64,000 nt of DNA from an uncultured Gemmatimonadales bacterium. Lineage in GTDB: Bacteria > Gemmatimonadota > Gemmatimonadetes > Gemmatimonadales > Gemmatimonadaceae. Positions 52,350-61,523 of this stretch are shown in pieces. Positions within the stretch are counted from its first letter, which is position 1. Each line of letters opens with the position of its first letter. The notes below the pieces were generated by a model that saw only the letters and a program-made list of their open reading frames with translations, was not told the origin of the DNA and did no database searches. The position numbers were made by a program, and so were the translations under genes. The DNA is taken from assembly GCA_963793305.1 (NCBI GenBank), contig CAWBZV010000005.1, forward strand, positions 1,088,001 through 1,152,000. Direction: 5' to 3'.

Positions 52350-53555
52350 GTGCAACGCTACGCGACACTCACACTCCTGCTCGCGGTCCCGCTCGCTCCG
52401 CTCGCCGGAACGGCGCATCACCGCGGGGTACACGTCCTGAGCCTGGCACAAGCGACCGATACCGAGGCGGCATTTGCCGCTTGGGTCGGCGCAATCAACG
52501 CCGATTGCTCGGATACCGTCGTCGGTGATCTCGGCGACAACGTGGTGCGGCTGCGGCGCAATCCGGAGTATCGCATTCGCGCGACGTGTGTGGCGCCCGC
52601 CGCGCGGTCCGTCGAGATTCGCGGCCACGGGGCCGACTCATCGCTCATCGTCGTCAATTCCACGGCGTACGCCGGCGGTGGCGGATTCGCCTTCTTGGTC
52701 GACGACCGACGCGTCCGCATCCATGATCTCGCCATTCGGGGCAACGCGTCCGACTTTGCGCGCAATGCCGGAGACGGGAACAGCGGCGAGGCGATCCGCT
52801 TCCAGGGTGACAGCGGAGGATACGGCGAGGCGGATCACCTCTCCATCAGCCAGTTCGCCACCGCCGGCGTCAATGTGTACAAGGCGCCCGCCGTCTCGGT
52901 GCACGATGTCACCGTCGTCTGTCCGACGTGGACCCACGCGCCGGCCGTCGTGCCGGCAATGGGCATCTGGGTACGATTGATTCGGCAACCCCGTCCACGC
53001 GGGCAGTTCAATGGAACCGTGGACAGGAACACGGTGTCCACGTGCTCCGCTGAGGGCATCGCGATCTCCAGCGCGACGCATATCGCGATCCGGTACAACC
53101 GGGTCGGATGCCCGGATGGCTCGTGTGCATCGACGAGCATCGGGATCGCACTGTATGGCGATGGGTCGGATTGCACGCGCGCGGTCGTGTCGAGCAACTA
53201 CGTTTATGGCAACACGGTGATAGCCGGCAACAGTATCAGCGCGGGGATCGTGATCCAGGGGACGGGCAACAGTGTCGGCTCGGGTCACGCGAACACGATC
53301 GACAGCAACACCGTCCGCGATCCCGGGAAGTACGGCATCGTCATCGCTCGGGCGTCGTGCGTAGGTGCCGCCGCGTACGGCGGGAATGTCGTTTCGCGCA
53401 ATACCCTTTCGGGAGCGGCGCGGCCGTTGATTGTGGTCGGGGGGTCGGCGGACACCGTCGCGCTCAATACGCTGGCGATCGGTGGTGGAAACCGGACGAA
53501 TCTCATTCAGGATCTGACCGGCACCGCGGTCGTCCGCGAAAACATCATCCACTGA
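52350..53555 (+). CDS. Secreted right-handed parallel beta-helix (pectin lyase-like) protein
   Basis: Signal peptide and repeated GI.I...N.I..N.V units; divergent from the export operon. Start could be TTG 52341. Confidence 0.7.
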   Translation: MQRYATLTLLLAVPLAPLAGTAHHRGVHVLSLAQATDTEAAFAAWVGAINADCSDTVVGDLGDNVVRLRRNPEYRIRATCVAPAARSVEIRGHGADSSLIVVNSTAYAGGGGFAFLVDDRRVRIHDLAIRGNASDFARNAGDGNSGEAIRFQGDSGGYGEADHLSISQFATAGVNVYKAPAVSVHDVTVVCPTWTHAPAVVPAMGIWVRLIRQPRPRGQFNGTVDRNTVSTCSAEGIAISSATHIAIRYNRVGCPDGSCASTSIGIALYGDGSDCTRAVVSSNYVYGNTVIAGNSISAGIVIQGTGNSVGSGHANTIDSNTVRDPGKYGIVIARASCVGAAAYGGNVVSRNTLSGAARPLIVVGGSADTVALNTLAIGGGNRTNLIQDLTGTAVVRENIIH

Positions 53556-53667
53556 TCGACGCGGTCTATAGTCTTTCGGGCCACGCTATTGACCGCGCCA
53601 GGACGGTTGTCCACGTTATGTCGTTGCCCGTTGCGCGTACCTTCCTCGCCCGGAGCGGCTGCCCCGC

Positions 53668-55041
53668 ATGGCCCTTCTCTCCTTTCTCGATCGTGAGCAC
53701 TCGATCGCCGAATCGGACTACAGTCGCTGGCTCGTCCCGCCTGCCGCTTTGGCCATTCACCTGTGCATCGGACAGGTCTATGCGCTCAGCGTCTTTAAGA
53801 TCCCCCTGTCCCAACTGATCGGCGGCAGTCCGAAAGCGCCCGGGAACTGGTCCCAGGAGACGATCTCCCACCTGTTCCAGATCGCGATCGTGTTTCTCGG
53901 GCTGTCGGCGGCAACGTTCGGGGCTTGGCTGGAGCGGGTCGGCCCACGCCGGGCCATGTTCACCTCCGCCTGCTGCTTCGGGGGCGGCTTTGTCGTCGGC
54001 GCCATCGGCATCTACCTGCACCAGTTCTGGCTTCTCGAGCTGGGCTACGGGGTGCTCGGCGGCATCGGGCTCGGCATCGGCTACATCTCGCCGGTGTCTA
54101 CGCTGATCAAGTGGTTCCCGGACCGCGCGGGAATGGCGACCGGCATGGCGATCATGGGCTTTGGCGGCGGCGCGATGATCGCATCCCCGCTGTCGGTCGG
54201 CTTGATGAATTTCTATAAGTCCGGGCTCTCACAGGGCGTCACGAAGACGTTCCTGACGATGGGCGTCCTGTACTTCCTGTTCATGATGTTCGGCGTCTTC
54301 AGCGTTCGTCTTCCAAAGCCGGGATGGCGTCCGGCCGGCTTCGTCGAGCCGACGACCGGTCGGATGATCACGCGGGCGAATGTCTCGGTGAATGAGGCCA
54401 TGCGGACGCCGCAGTTCTACCTCCTGTGGGTCATGCTGTGCGTGAACGTCACGGCGGGCATTGGCGTCATCGAGCAGGCGTCGCCGATGATCCAGGAGAT
54501 GTTCCCCGGCGTGATCAAGGCATCGGCGGCCGCCGGGTTCGTCGGACTGCTCAGCATCGCGAACATGAGCGGCCGGTTTCTGTGGTCTTCGTTCTCCGAC
54601 ATCATTGGCCGGCGCGCCACCTACGCGACGTTCTTCGCGCTCGGCGCGGTGCTCTACTGGTGTATTCCGGCCGCGGGCCATAGCGGACGGGTCTGGTTGT
54701 TCGTGCTGATCTGCGTCGTTGTTCTCACGATGTACGGCGGCGGGTTCGCGACGATCCCCGCCTATCTGCGCGACATGTTCGGCACGATGCAGGTCGGCGC
54801 GATCCACGGCCGGTTGCTCACGGCGTGGTCACTGGCGGGCGTCCTGGGCCCGCTGATCGTGAACCGCATGCGCGAGTCGCAGATCGCCGCGGGTGTCGCA
54901 AAGGCCGATGCCTATACGCTCAGCATGCACATCATGACCGCGCTGTTGGTCGTTGGCTTTCTCTCGAATCTCTTTGTGCGCCCGGTCGATGAGCGGCACC
55001 ACTATCGGACAGCGACCGAGCCGGCGGGGGTGCCGACATGA
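53668..55041 (+). CDS. OFA family MFS transporter
   Basis: HLCIGQVYA.SVF, GIGYISPVSTLIKWFPDR.GMATGMAIMGFGGG and YGGGFATIPAYL motifs. Confidence 0.92.
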   Translation: MALLSFLDREHSIAESDYSRWLVPPAALAIHLCIGQVYALSVFKIPLSQLIGGSPKAPGNWSQETISHLFQIAIVFLGLSAATFGAWLERVGPRRAMFTSACCFGGGFVVGAIGIYLHQFWLLELGYGVLGGIGLGIGYISPVSTLIKWFPDRAGMATGMAIMGFGGGAMIASPLSVGLMNFYKSGLSQGVTKTFLTMGVLYFLFMMFGVFSVRLPKPGWRPAGFVEPTTGRMITRANVSVNEAMRTPQFYLLWVMLCVNVTAGIGVIEQASPMIQEMFPGVIKASAAAGFVGLLSIANMSGRFLWSSFSDIIGRRATYATFFALGAVLYWCIPAAGHSGRVWLFVLICVVVLTMYGGGFATIPAYLRDMFGTMQVGAIHGRLLTAWSLAGVLGPLIVNRMRESQIAAGVAKADAYTLSMHIMTALLVVGFLSNLFVRPVDERHHYRTATEPAGVPT

Positions 55042-55136
55042 AAGGACGGCTGATCATTGCCTGGAGCTTCGTCGGCATCCCGTTGATTTGGGGTGTCGCC
55101 CAGGTCGTCACGCGATCGCTGGCGCTGTTCCGGTAA
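55038..55136 (+). CDS. 32-aa single-TM protein (MFS transporter small-subunit-like), absent from the ORF track
   Basis: ATGA overlap with the MFS stop; MKGRLIIAWSFVGIPLIWGVAQVVTRSLALFR. Confidence 0.8.
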   Translation: MKGRLIIAWSFVGIPLIWGVAQVVTRSLALFR

Positions 55137-55142
55137 GTCCAA

Positions 55143-55216
<74 letters not shown>

Positions 55217-55224
55217 TTCACGGC

Positions 55225-55253
55225 AGGTTACCGGGCGCTCGACGGCCGGTCAA
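55225..55253 (-). promoter_or_regulatory. Sigma70-type promoter of tRNA-Ile2
   Basis: TTGACC-N17-TAACCT on the minus strand, 8 nt upstream of the tRNA 5' end. The -35 overlaps the rfaE stop codon. Confidence 0.7.
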
Positions 55254-56243
55254 GCGTCAGGGTAGTCGTCGAACGCCGCCACCACCTCGGCGGCCGAGAC
55301 GGTGGCGGCGCCGAGCTTGCCGACTTCGACACCGGCGGCGTAATTCGCGACGATCGCCGCTTCCAACGCGCTCGCTCCACCAGCCAACATGGCTGCCAAA
55401 TAGGCGGTCACGGTATCGCCGGCCCCGACGACGTCATACACCGCGCGCGCGGTCGTCGGGACGTGGTGCGTTGAGCCATCGGGTTCGATCAGCGCCATGC
55501 CCTTTTCTCCAAGGGTCAGCAGGAGATGCTCGACGCCGAGTCGTTTCAGGGTCGCATGCAGCTCGGCCGGCTCATCGAGATCGACCGCCGCTCCGAGCGC
55601 ATTTTCCAACTCTCGTCTATTGGGCTTGAAGATCGTCGCGCCGCCGTACTGGAAAAAATGTCGATACTTGGGATCGACGACGACCGGAATACGTCGTTCG
55701 CTGGCTCCCTCGATGGCTCGCCGGATCACGCGGGGTACGAGCACCCCCTTGTTGTAGTCCTCGAGCACGACAGCGTCCGCGTCGGCGACCGCCCGGCTCA
55801 CGACATCGAGGAGCCCGTCGATCTCCGCGCCGGAGATGTCGGCATCTTCTTCTTCGTCGAACCGCACGACCTGCTGCGCCCGCGCGAGGACGCGAGTCTT
55901 CGTGGTCGTGGGACGACCCACCATGCACAGCGCGCGCGGATCGGTGGGCAACCCGCGGAGCAGGTCGCGCACGACGCCGCCGGCAATGTCATCGCCGACG
56001 ACCGCCACGAGCTCGCAACGCGCGCCCAACGCCACGACATTCTGCGCGACGTTCGCGGCGCCACCCAGCGCTTGCGCGCGCTGGCGCACGCGTACGACCG
56101 GCACGGGCGCCTCGGGGGAGATGCGATCGAACGTCGCCACGGAGATACACATCGAGCATCGCGTCGCCGACGACCGCGACGCGCATCCCCCGCGCCGCAT
56201 CGAGCAGCTCGACGAGCCGCGCCCGCGAAATGGACGGTTGCAT
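55250..56243 (-). CDS. rfaE1: D-glycero-D-manno-heptose-7-phosphate kinase (RfaE domain I / HldA), frameshift at ~56130
   Basis: VGDAMLD.Y..G, RISPEAPVPV, GGAANVA, TT.KTR, DY.KG, VDPK and DVVGAGDTV motifs. Confidence 0.9.
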
Positions 56244-56304
56244 GAGGGAGCTAAGATAAACCGAAGGGTGGACTCTCGGCACGGGGCTTGCCCAATAGAC
56301 GGGG

Positions 56305-57111
56305 ATGCTTGCCCGTGCGCGCCTGAACGATGCGGCGAAGGCGAAGGTGCTGGGCCTCCAGAACTTCGCCGTGCTGGCATGGAATGCCACCAGGTTCATT
56401 TTTGCGCGACCGTTTTATGCCCTTGACGTCGTCCAGCAGATGGACGCCATCGGCGTTGACTCGGTCGGCATTGTCGTTCTGACCGGCTTCTTCACCGGCA
56501 TGGTGCTCGCGCTGCAATCGTCGAACAGCCTGGCGGGGTTCGGCGCGACGCTCTTCGTCGGTCGCCTCGTGAGCGCCTCGATGATCCGCGAGCTCGGTCC
56601 CGTGCTGGCGGGACTGATGGTCGCGGGGCGCGTCGGCTCCGGCATCGCGGCCCAGATCGGCTCGATGCGAGTCACGGAGCAGATCGATGCGCTCAATACG
56701 CTCGGCACGGACCCGATCAAGAAGCTCGTCACGCCGCGCCTCATCGCCGCGCTCATCATGGTACCGGTCCTGACCGTCATCAACGATGTGGTCGGCATCA
56801 TTGGCGGCAATGTCATCGGCGCGTTCGTGATTGGTGTGCCGAGCGCACTCTACTGGCATACGGTCTGGCAGCAGATCGCAGCCGATGGCTTCGTCTGGCG
56901 TGTGATCCCGCAGGATTTCATTCAGGGGCTCGCGAAGCCGTTTCTGTTCGGAGGGATCATCGCGATTACCGGCTCGTACTACGGGCTCGCGACGACGGGT
57001 GGCACCGAGGGCGTTGGCCTGAGCACGACGCGTACGGTGGTGACGGCGAGCATCAGCATTCTCGCCGTCGATTACGTCGTCACGCAGTTCCTGCTGACGA
57101 TATTCTCGTGA
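56305..57111 (+). CDS. mlaE: MlaE-family lipid ABC permease
   Basis: RELGPVL, AGRVGS, MRVTEQIDAL, LV.PR and GGTEGVG..TT motifs. Confidence 0.93.
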   Translation: MLARARLNDAAKAKVLGLQNFAVLAWNATRFIFARPFYALDVVQQMDAIGVDSVGIVVLTGFFTGMVLALQSSNSLAGFGATLFVGRLVSASMIRELGPVLAGLMVAGRVGSGIAAQIGSMRVTEQIDALNTLGTDPIKKLVTPRLIAALIMVPVLTVINDVVGIIGGNVIGAFVIGVPSALYWHTVWQQIAADGFVWRVIPQDFIQGLAKPFLFGGIIAITGSYYGLATTGGTEGVGLSTTRTVVTASISILAVDYVVTQFLLTIFS

Positions 57112-57914
57112 CCACCGCCGCCGGCGTTCGCCGCGCGATGCGCCGCGAGCTCGCCAAGGATGAACCGGGGGCGCCGTCGGGTGTCCCGATCATCCAAATC
57201 GACCATGTGTCGCTGGCGTTCGAGAACCCGGTGCTCGACGATGTGTCGTTTGACGCGTATCAGGGCGAAACGATCGCGGTTGTCGGTGAATCGGGCACAG
57301 GCAAGTCGACGCTCCTCAAGCTGATGCTGCGGCTGTTGCGTCCAGACGAGGGCCGCGTATTGATCAACGGCCGGGACATCAGCGAGTTGACGTTCGACGA
57401 TGCGCTCGCGGTGAGGAGTTGCATGGGCATGGTGTTTCAGGGGGCGGCGCTGTTCGACTCGATGAGCGTGTTCGAGAACGTCGCGTACCCACTCCGCGAG
57501 CACACGACGATGGACGAAGACGCCATCGAGGCGCGCGTTCGCGAGAAGCTGGAGTTCGTCGACCTCGAACCGGAGCGCGTGATCGGGTGCCTTCCCTCCG
57601 AGCTCTCTGGCGGGATGAAAAAGCGTGTCGGGATCGCCCGCGCGATGGCGAATAACGCCCCGATCATGCTCTACAATGAGCCGACGTCGGGGCTCGACCC
57701 GCTGACCACTGGCACGATCACCCGCCTGATCATGAAGCTTCAACGCGAGCTCGGCATCACGAGCATTGTGGTCACGCACGATATTCGCTCCGCGAACCGG
57801 ATGGCGAGCGCCATCGCGCTGTTGCACGATCGCCGGATCACGTTCTTCGGAACCCCCGAGGACATGGCCGCGAGCGAGGATCCCTACATCCGGGATTTCC
57901 TGGGAGGATTATGA
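57108..57914 (+). CDS. mlaF: MlaF-family ABC ATPase
   Basis: GESGTGKS, FQGAALFDS, LSGGMKKRV and VTHD motifs. Walker B reads YNEP instead of YDEP. Confidence 0.92.
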   Translation: MTTAAGVRRAMRRELAKDEPGAPSGVPIIQIDHVSLAFENPVLDDVSFDAYQGETIAVVGESGTGKSTLLKLMLRLLRPDEGRVLINGRDISELTFDDALAVRSCMGMVFQGAALFDSMSVFENVAYPLREHTTMDEDAIEARVREKLEFVDLEPERVIGCLPSELSGGMKKRVGIARAMANNAPIMLYNEPTSGLDPLTTGTITRLIMKLQRELGITSIVVTHDIRSANRMASAIALLHDRRITFFGTPEDMAASEDPYIRDFLGGL

Positions 57915-58888
57915 AGCGAGCGACCCGCATCTCGTGGGAAGAGCTCCGCGTCGGTCTCGTCATCGTGATCGCGGTCGCCGCCGGCATCTTCGCGATGTTC
58001 GAGCTGGGCCAAGCCGCCAACCTGTTCACGTCGCGTTACCGTTTGATCGCGTACCTGAAGAACGCGAAGGGCCTCGCCAAGGGCGCGGCGGTGACGATCA
58101 ATGGCCAGGTCGCTGGATCGATCGAGTCGATCGAATTCCTGCCCATCTCCAACGACACGACGCGGAATCTCAGGATCACGGTCGCGATCGACCGCCGCCT
58201 GCAACCCCAGGTCCGCGGCGACAGCCGCGCGACGCTCCAATCGCTCGGACTCCTCGGCGACAAGGTCTTCAACATCTCCACGGGGACGGCGAAGTACAGC
58301 GTGCTCCAACCGGGGGATGTCGTGCCGTTGGCCACCTCGCTCGACTACGACCAGGTGGTCCAACAGGCCGGTACGGCCGTGACGGCCATGGTCGCGCTGA
58401 CGCAGGACCTCAAGTCGATCTCCGGCAGCATCATCAAGGGCGAAGGGACAATGGGCCAGCTCATCACGAACCGGTCACTCTACAATGCGCTCACCGGCAC
58501 GCTGCAACAGACCAATACGCTCCTGGCTCGACTCCAGGATCAGCACGGAACGCTCGGCCACCTGATCGACGACCCAACGCTGTACGAAAACCTGACAGCG
58601 GCCGTGGCCTCGATCGACTCGCTCGCGACCGCCTTGAGCTCACGGAAGAGCACCCTCGGCCGTCTCCTGCGCGACGATACGTTGTACACGCACATGGTCA
58701 GCGTGGCCGTCGGTGCCGACTCCCTGGTCAAAAGCGTCGAGAGCGGCAACGGATTCGCCGGCAAGATGCTCCGCGACCAGCAACTCTACGATCAGTTGCT
58801 CAAAGCGGTGACGGACCTCAATGCGGTGCTGGCCAACGTCCGACGCGATCCGAATCGCTACACCAAAGGCCTCGTGCGCGTGTTTTGA
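57911..58888 (+). CDS. mlaD: MlaD/MCE family protein
   Basis: N-terminal TM, A.GL..GA.V...G...G.I, GLLGDK and helical GT.G.L..D..LY repeats. Confidence 0.9.
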   Translation: MKRATRISWEELRVGLVIVIAVAAGIFAMFELGQAANLFTSRYRLIAYLKNAKGLAKGAAVTINGQVAGSIESIEFLPISNDTTRNLRITVAIDRRLQPQVRGDSRATLQSLGLLGDKVFNISTGTAKYSVLQPGDVVPLATSLDYDQVVQQAGTAVTAMVALTQDLKSISGSIIKGEGTMGQLITNRSLYNALTGTLQQTNTLLARLQDQHGTLGHLIDDPTLYENLTAAVASIDSLATALSSRKSTLGRLLRDDTLYTHMVSVAVGADSLVKSVESGNGFAGKMLRDQQLYDQLLKAVTDLNAVLANVRRDPNRYTKGLVRVF

Positions 58889-59051
58889 CAGTAGGCCCGC
58901 TCGGATGTTTGCCGAGACCCCACGTCGGTGCATTTCGTCACCGAGGCTGGCTCATTGGTACGAACCCGTGATACATTCGCTCCGACAGAATCGAGGCGTG
59001 TCGTGGTCCCGCGCGCCTCCGCCGAAACGGCCCGTTTCTCTTGCGAGGGTG

Positions 59052-60479
59052 ATGATGCGCGTCATGTGTGCGATCGGGGTGCTGGTGCTCGCTGCGTGTT
59101 CGGAATCTAACCCCACGGGCTACAATGCTGGGTCACTGCATGTGGGCGGCGTGACCGTTCACCACAACGCGAACAACGGCCTCTCGTTTCACTTCACCTT
59201 TCAAGCAACGGGCGCGGACTCGGCCCGCATCCTGTACGCGGGACCGGGCGATACCGGCGCGACTCCGTGGTCGCACCTCGTGTCAGGTCAGAACCAAATG
59301 GATGTGCTCGGTCTCCTTCCCGCCATCCAGTACAACCTCACGCTCCAGGTCGTGGGCGTCGCTGGCGCGACCGTCGACCCTCAGTTCCTCCAAGTCACGA
59401 GCAACCTCCCCACCTCGCTCACGGATGCGCACATCACGTACACCGGGACCCCCGGACCGGGGTACACACTGCTCTCCACCATCCTAGAGAAGACGGGCAA
59501 TACGGCCGCGATCGCCTTCGACTCACTCGGCCGCGTCCGCTGGTATCGCGAATTCACGAATACGAGCTCGCTCAATGCGCAGATGCAGCGCAACGGCCAT
59601 TTCACGGTGGGGCTCACCAACCCGGACTCGCTCACGATACAGGTCGGCCGGTATATCGAGCTGTTGCCGAACGGCGACAGCGTCGCTGGCTACACGGCGC
59701 CCGCGCCCTATCAGACTGATTGCCACGAGATCGTGCTGTCCGGAGATTCCGCGACGGGGATAACCGCGCAGTTCTTCGCGTACGATACGACGCGCGCGTT
59801 CAACCTGACAGCGCTCGGTGGACCGGCCGATGGCAAGGTCTACGGCCACACGTTGTTTCGCATGACGGGGCCGAGCACCGTCACCTTTTCGTGGGATACG
59901 TGGAGCGCGTTCGGCATCTCCGACTGGGTCGAGCAAGGCGGCACCACGGCCGACTACGATCACCCGAACGCGCTGTCGTTCGATGCCGACAGCAACTACC
60001 TGATCTCGTTCCGCAACATGGCGAGCGTCGTCAAGTTGAACCGAAACACCGGCGCGGTCATCTGGCAGCTCGGGGGCAATCGCAGCACCTTCACGATCGT
60101 CAATGATCCGCTGGGCTTCTTCAGCGCGCAACATTTCGCCCGGCGCCTCCCGAATGGACACATCCTGATGTACGACGATGGAGACCGCCACTCGCCGTCA
60201 ACGTCGCGCGCCGTCGAATACGCGCTGGACACCGTCGCCAACACCGCCACTCTGGTATGGCAGTATCTACCGCAACCGGCAGTGTACACCCCGGTCGTCG
60301 GTTCGGCCCAGCGGCTGGCGAACGGCAACACGGTCGTGGGATTCGGACAGGCCGCGCAGATCGACGAGGTGGATGCGAACGGACACTTGCTCGCGCGGGG
60401 GATGTTCACGTGGAGCGGCGCCACAGCGTTCTACCGCGCGCTCCGCTTGCCGTCGCTCTACCGATACGAGACGCCCTGA
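59052..60479 (+). CDS. Aryl-sulfate sulfotransferase (ASST-like) lipoprotein
   Basis: Lipobox LAAC; DCHE, DYDHPNAL, ISFRN, WQLGG, SAQH and GSAQRL.NGNT motifs. Confidence 0.8.
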   Translation: MMRVMCAIGVLVLAACSESNPTGYNAGSLHVGGVTVHHNANNGLSFHFTFQATGADSARILYAGPGDTGATPWSHLVSGQNQMDVLGLLPAIQYNLTLQVVGVAGATVDPQFLQVTSNLPTSLTDAHITYTGTPGPGYTLLSTILEKTGNTAAIAFDSLGRVRWYREFTNTSSLNAQMQRNGHFTVGLTNPDSLTIQVGRYIELLPNGDSVAGYTAPAPYQTDCHEIVLSGDSATGITAQFFAYDTTRAFNLTALGGPADGKVYGHTLFRMTGPSTVTFSWDTWSAFGISDWVEQGGTTADYDHPNALSFDADSNYLISFRNMASVVKLNRNTGAVIWQLGGNRSTFTIVNDPLGFFSAQHFARRLPNGHILMYDDGDRHSPSTSRAVEYALDTVANTATLVWQYLPQPAVYTPVVGSAQRLANGNTVVGFGQAAQIDEVDANGHLLARGMFTWSGATAFYRALRLPSLYRYETP

Positions 60480-60495
60480 GGTCGCCCGTATCGAA

Positions 60496-60526
60496 CGATG
60501 ACGCGCCCGCCGGGGCGATGACGCGC
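60496..60526 (+). repeat. 11-bp direct repeat CGATGACGCGC (20-bp period) abutting the obgE -10 element
   Basis: Exact copies at 60496-60506 and 60516-60526. Confidence 0.6.
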
Positions 60527-60539
60527 TAGTTTCCGATCC

Positions 60540-61523
60540 GTGTTTATTGATCGTGTGACTGTCATCATCGAAGCCGGCACGGGTGGTTCCGGGGCGAGCT
60601 CCTTCCGCCGCGAGTTCCGCGTGCCCTTTGGTGGACCCGATGGCGGCGACGGCGGACGCGGCGGGGACGTGTACGTCCAGGCCGACGAGAATCTCACCAC
60701 GCTCCTGGACTACACGTACCGCGACCGGTGGGTCGCCGAGCGGGGTGAGCACGGCATGGGGTCGAACAAGACCGGTCGATCCGGCCCAGATATCACGCTG
60801 CCGGTGCCGCCGGGCACCGTGATCGTCGACTCCAAGACCGGCGAGCGGCTGGGTGAGGTGGTCGAACACGGCCAGACGCTGCTCGTAGCCCACGGCGGCC
60901 GCGGCGGGAAGGGCAATGCCTTCTTCGCCACCGCGACGCACCAAAGCCCCCGCGAGTGGCAGCCCGGCGAAGAGGGCGAGCACCGCACGTTACTGTTGGA
61001 GCTCAAGCTGATCGCCGACGTCGGTCTGGTCGGCCAGCCGAATGCCGGCAAGTCCACGCTGCTGTCGGTGATCTCGGCGGCGCGCCCAAAGATCGCCGAC
61101 TACCCGTTCACGACGCTCTCGCCAAACCTCGGCGTCGTCCAACTCAGCGACGGCCGTACATTCGTCGTCGCGGACATCCCCGGCATCATCGAGGGTGCCC
61201 ACGAGGGCCGCGGCCTCGGCCTCCAGTTCCTGCGCCACATCGAGCGCACGCGGCTGCTGGCGTTTCTGATTCCCATCGACGCGATGGATCTCCAGGCCGA
61301 GTACGATGGCCTCCGCGCCGAGGTCGCCGCGTACTCGAACGACCTCACGCAGCGTCCGCACTGCGTCGTGCTCACGAAGATGGACCTCTGGGGCCCAGAC
61401 CCGGCTCCCACTGTTGACGCGCCGGATGCGTTCGGGATCTACCCGATCTCCGCTGCCGGGCGTACGGGCCTCGACGCGCTGCTCGCCGCTTGGTGGACAC
61501 AACTCCTCGCCCAGCGCGCCTGA
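60540..61523 (+). CDS. obgE: GTPase ObgE/CgtA
   Basis: MFIDRV, GGPDGGDGG, LELKLIADVGLVG.PNAGKST, YPFTT, DIPG and TKMD motifs. Confidence 0.96.
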   Translation: MFIDRVTVIIEAGTGGSGASSFRREFRVPFGGPDGGDGGRGGDVYVQADENLTTLLDYTYRDRWVAERGEHGMGSNKTGRSGPDITLPVPPGTVIVDSKTGERLGEVVEHGQTLLVAHGGRGGKGNAFFATATHQSPREWQPGEEGEHRTLLLELKLIADVGLVGQPNAGKSTLLSVISAARPKIADYPFTTLSPNLGVVQLSDGRTFVVADIPGIIEGAHEGRGLGLQFLRHIERTRLLAFLIPIDAMDLQAEYDGLRAEVAAYSNDLTQRPHCVVLTKMDLWGPDPAPTVDAPDAFGIYPISAAGRTGLDALLAAWWTQLLAQRA

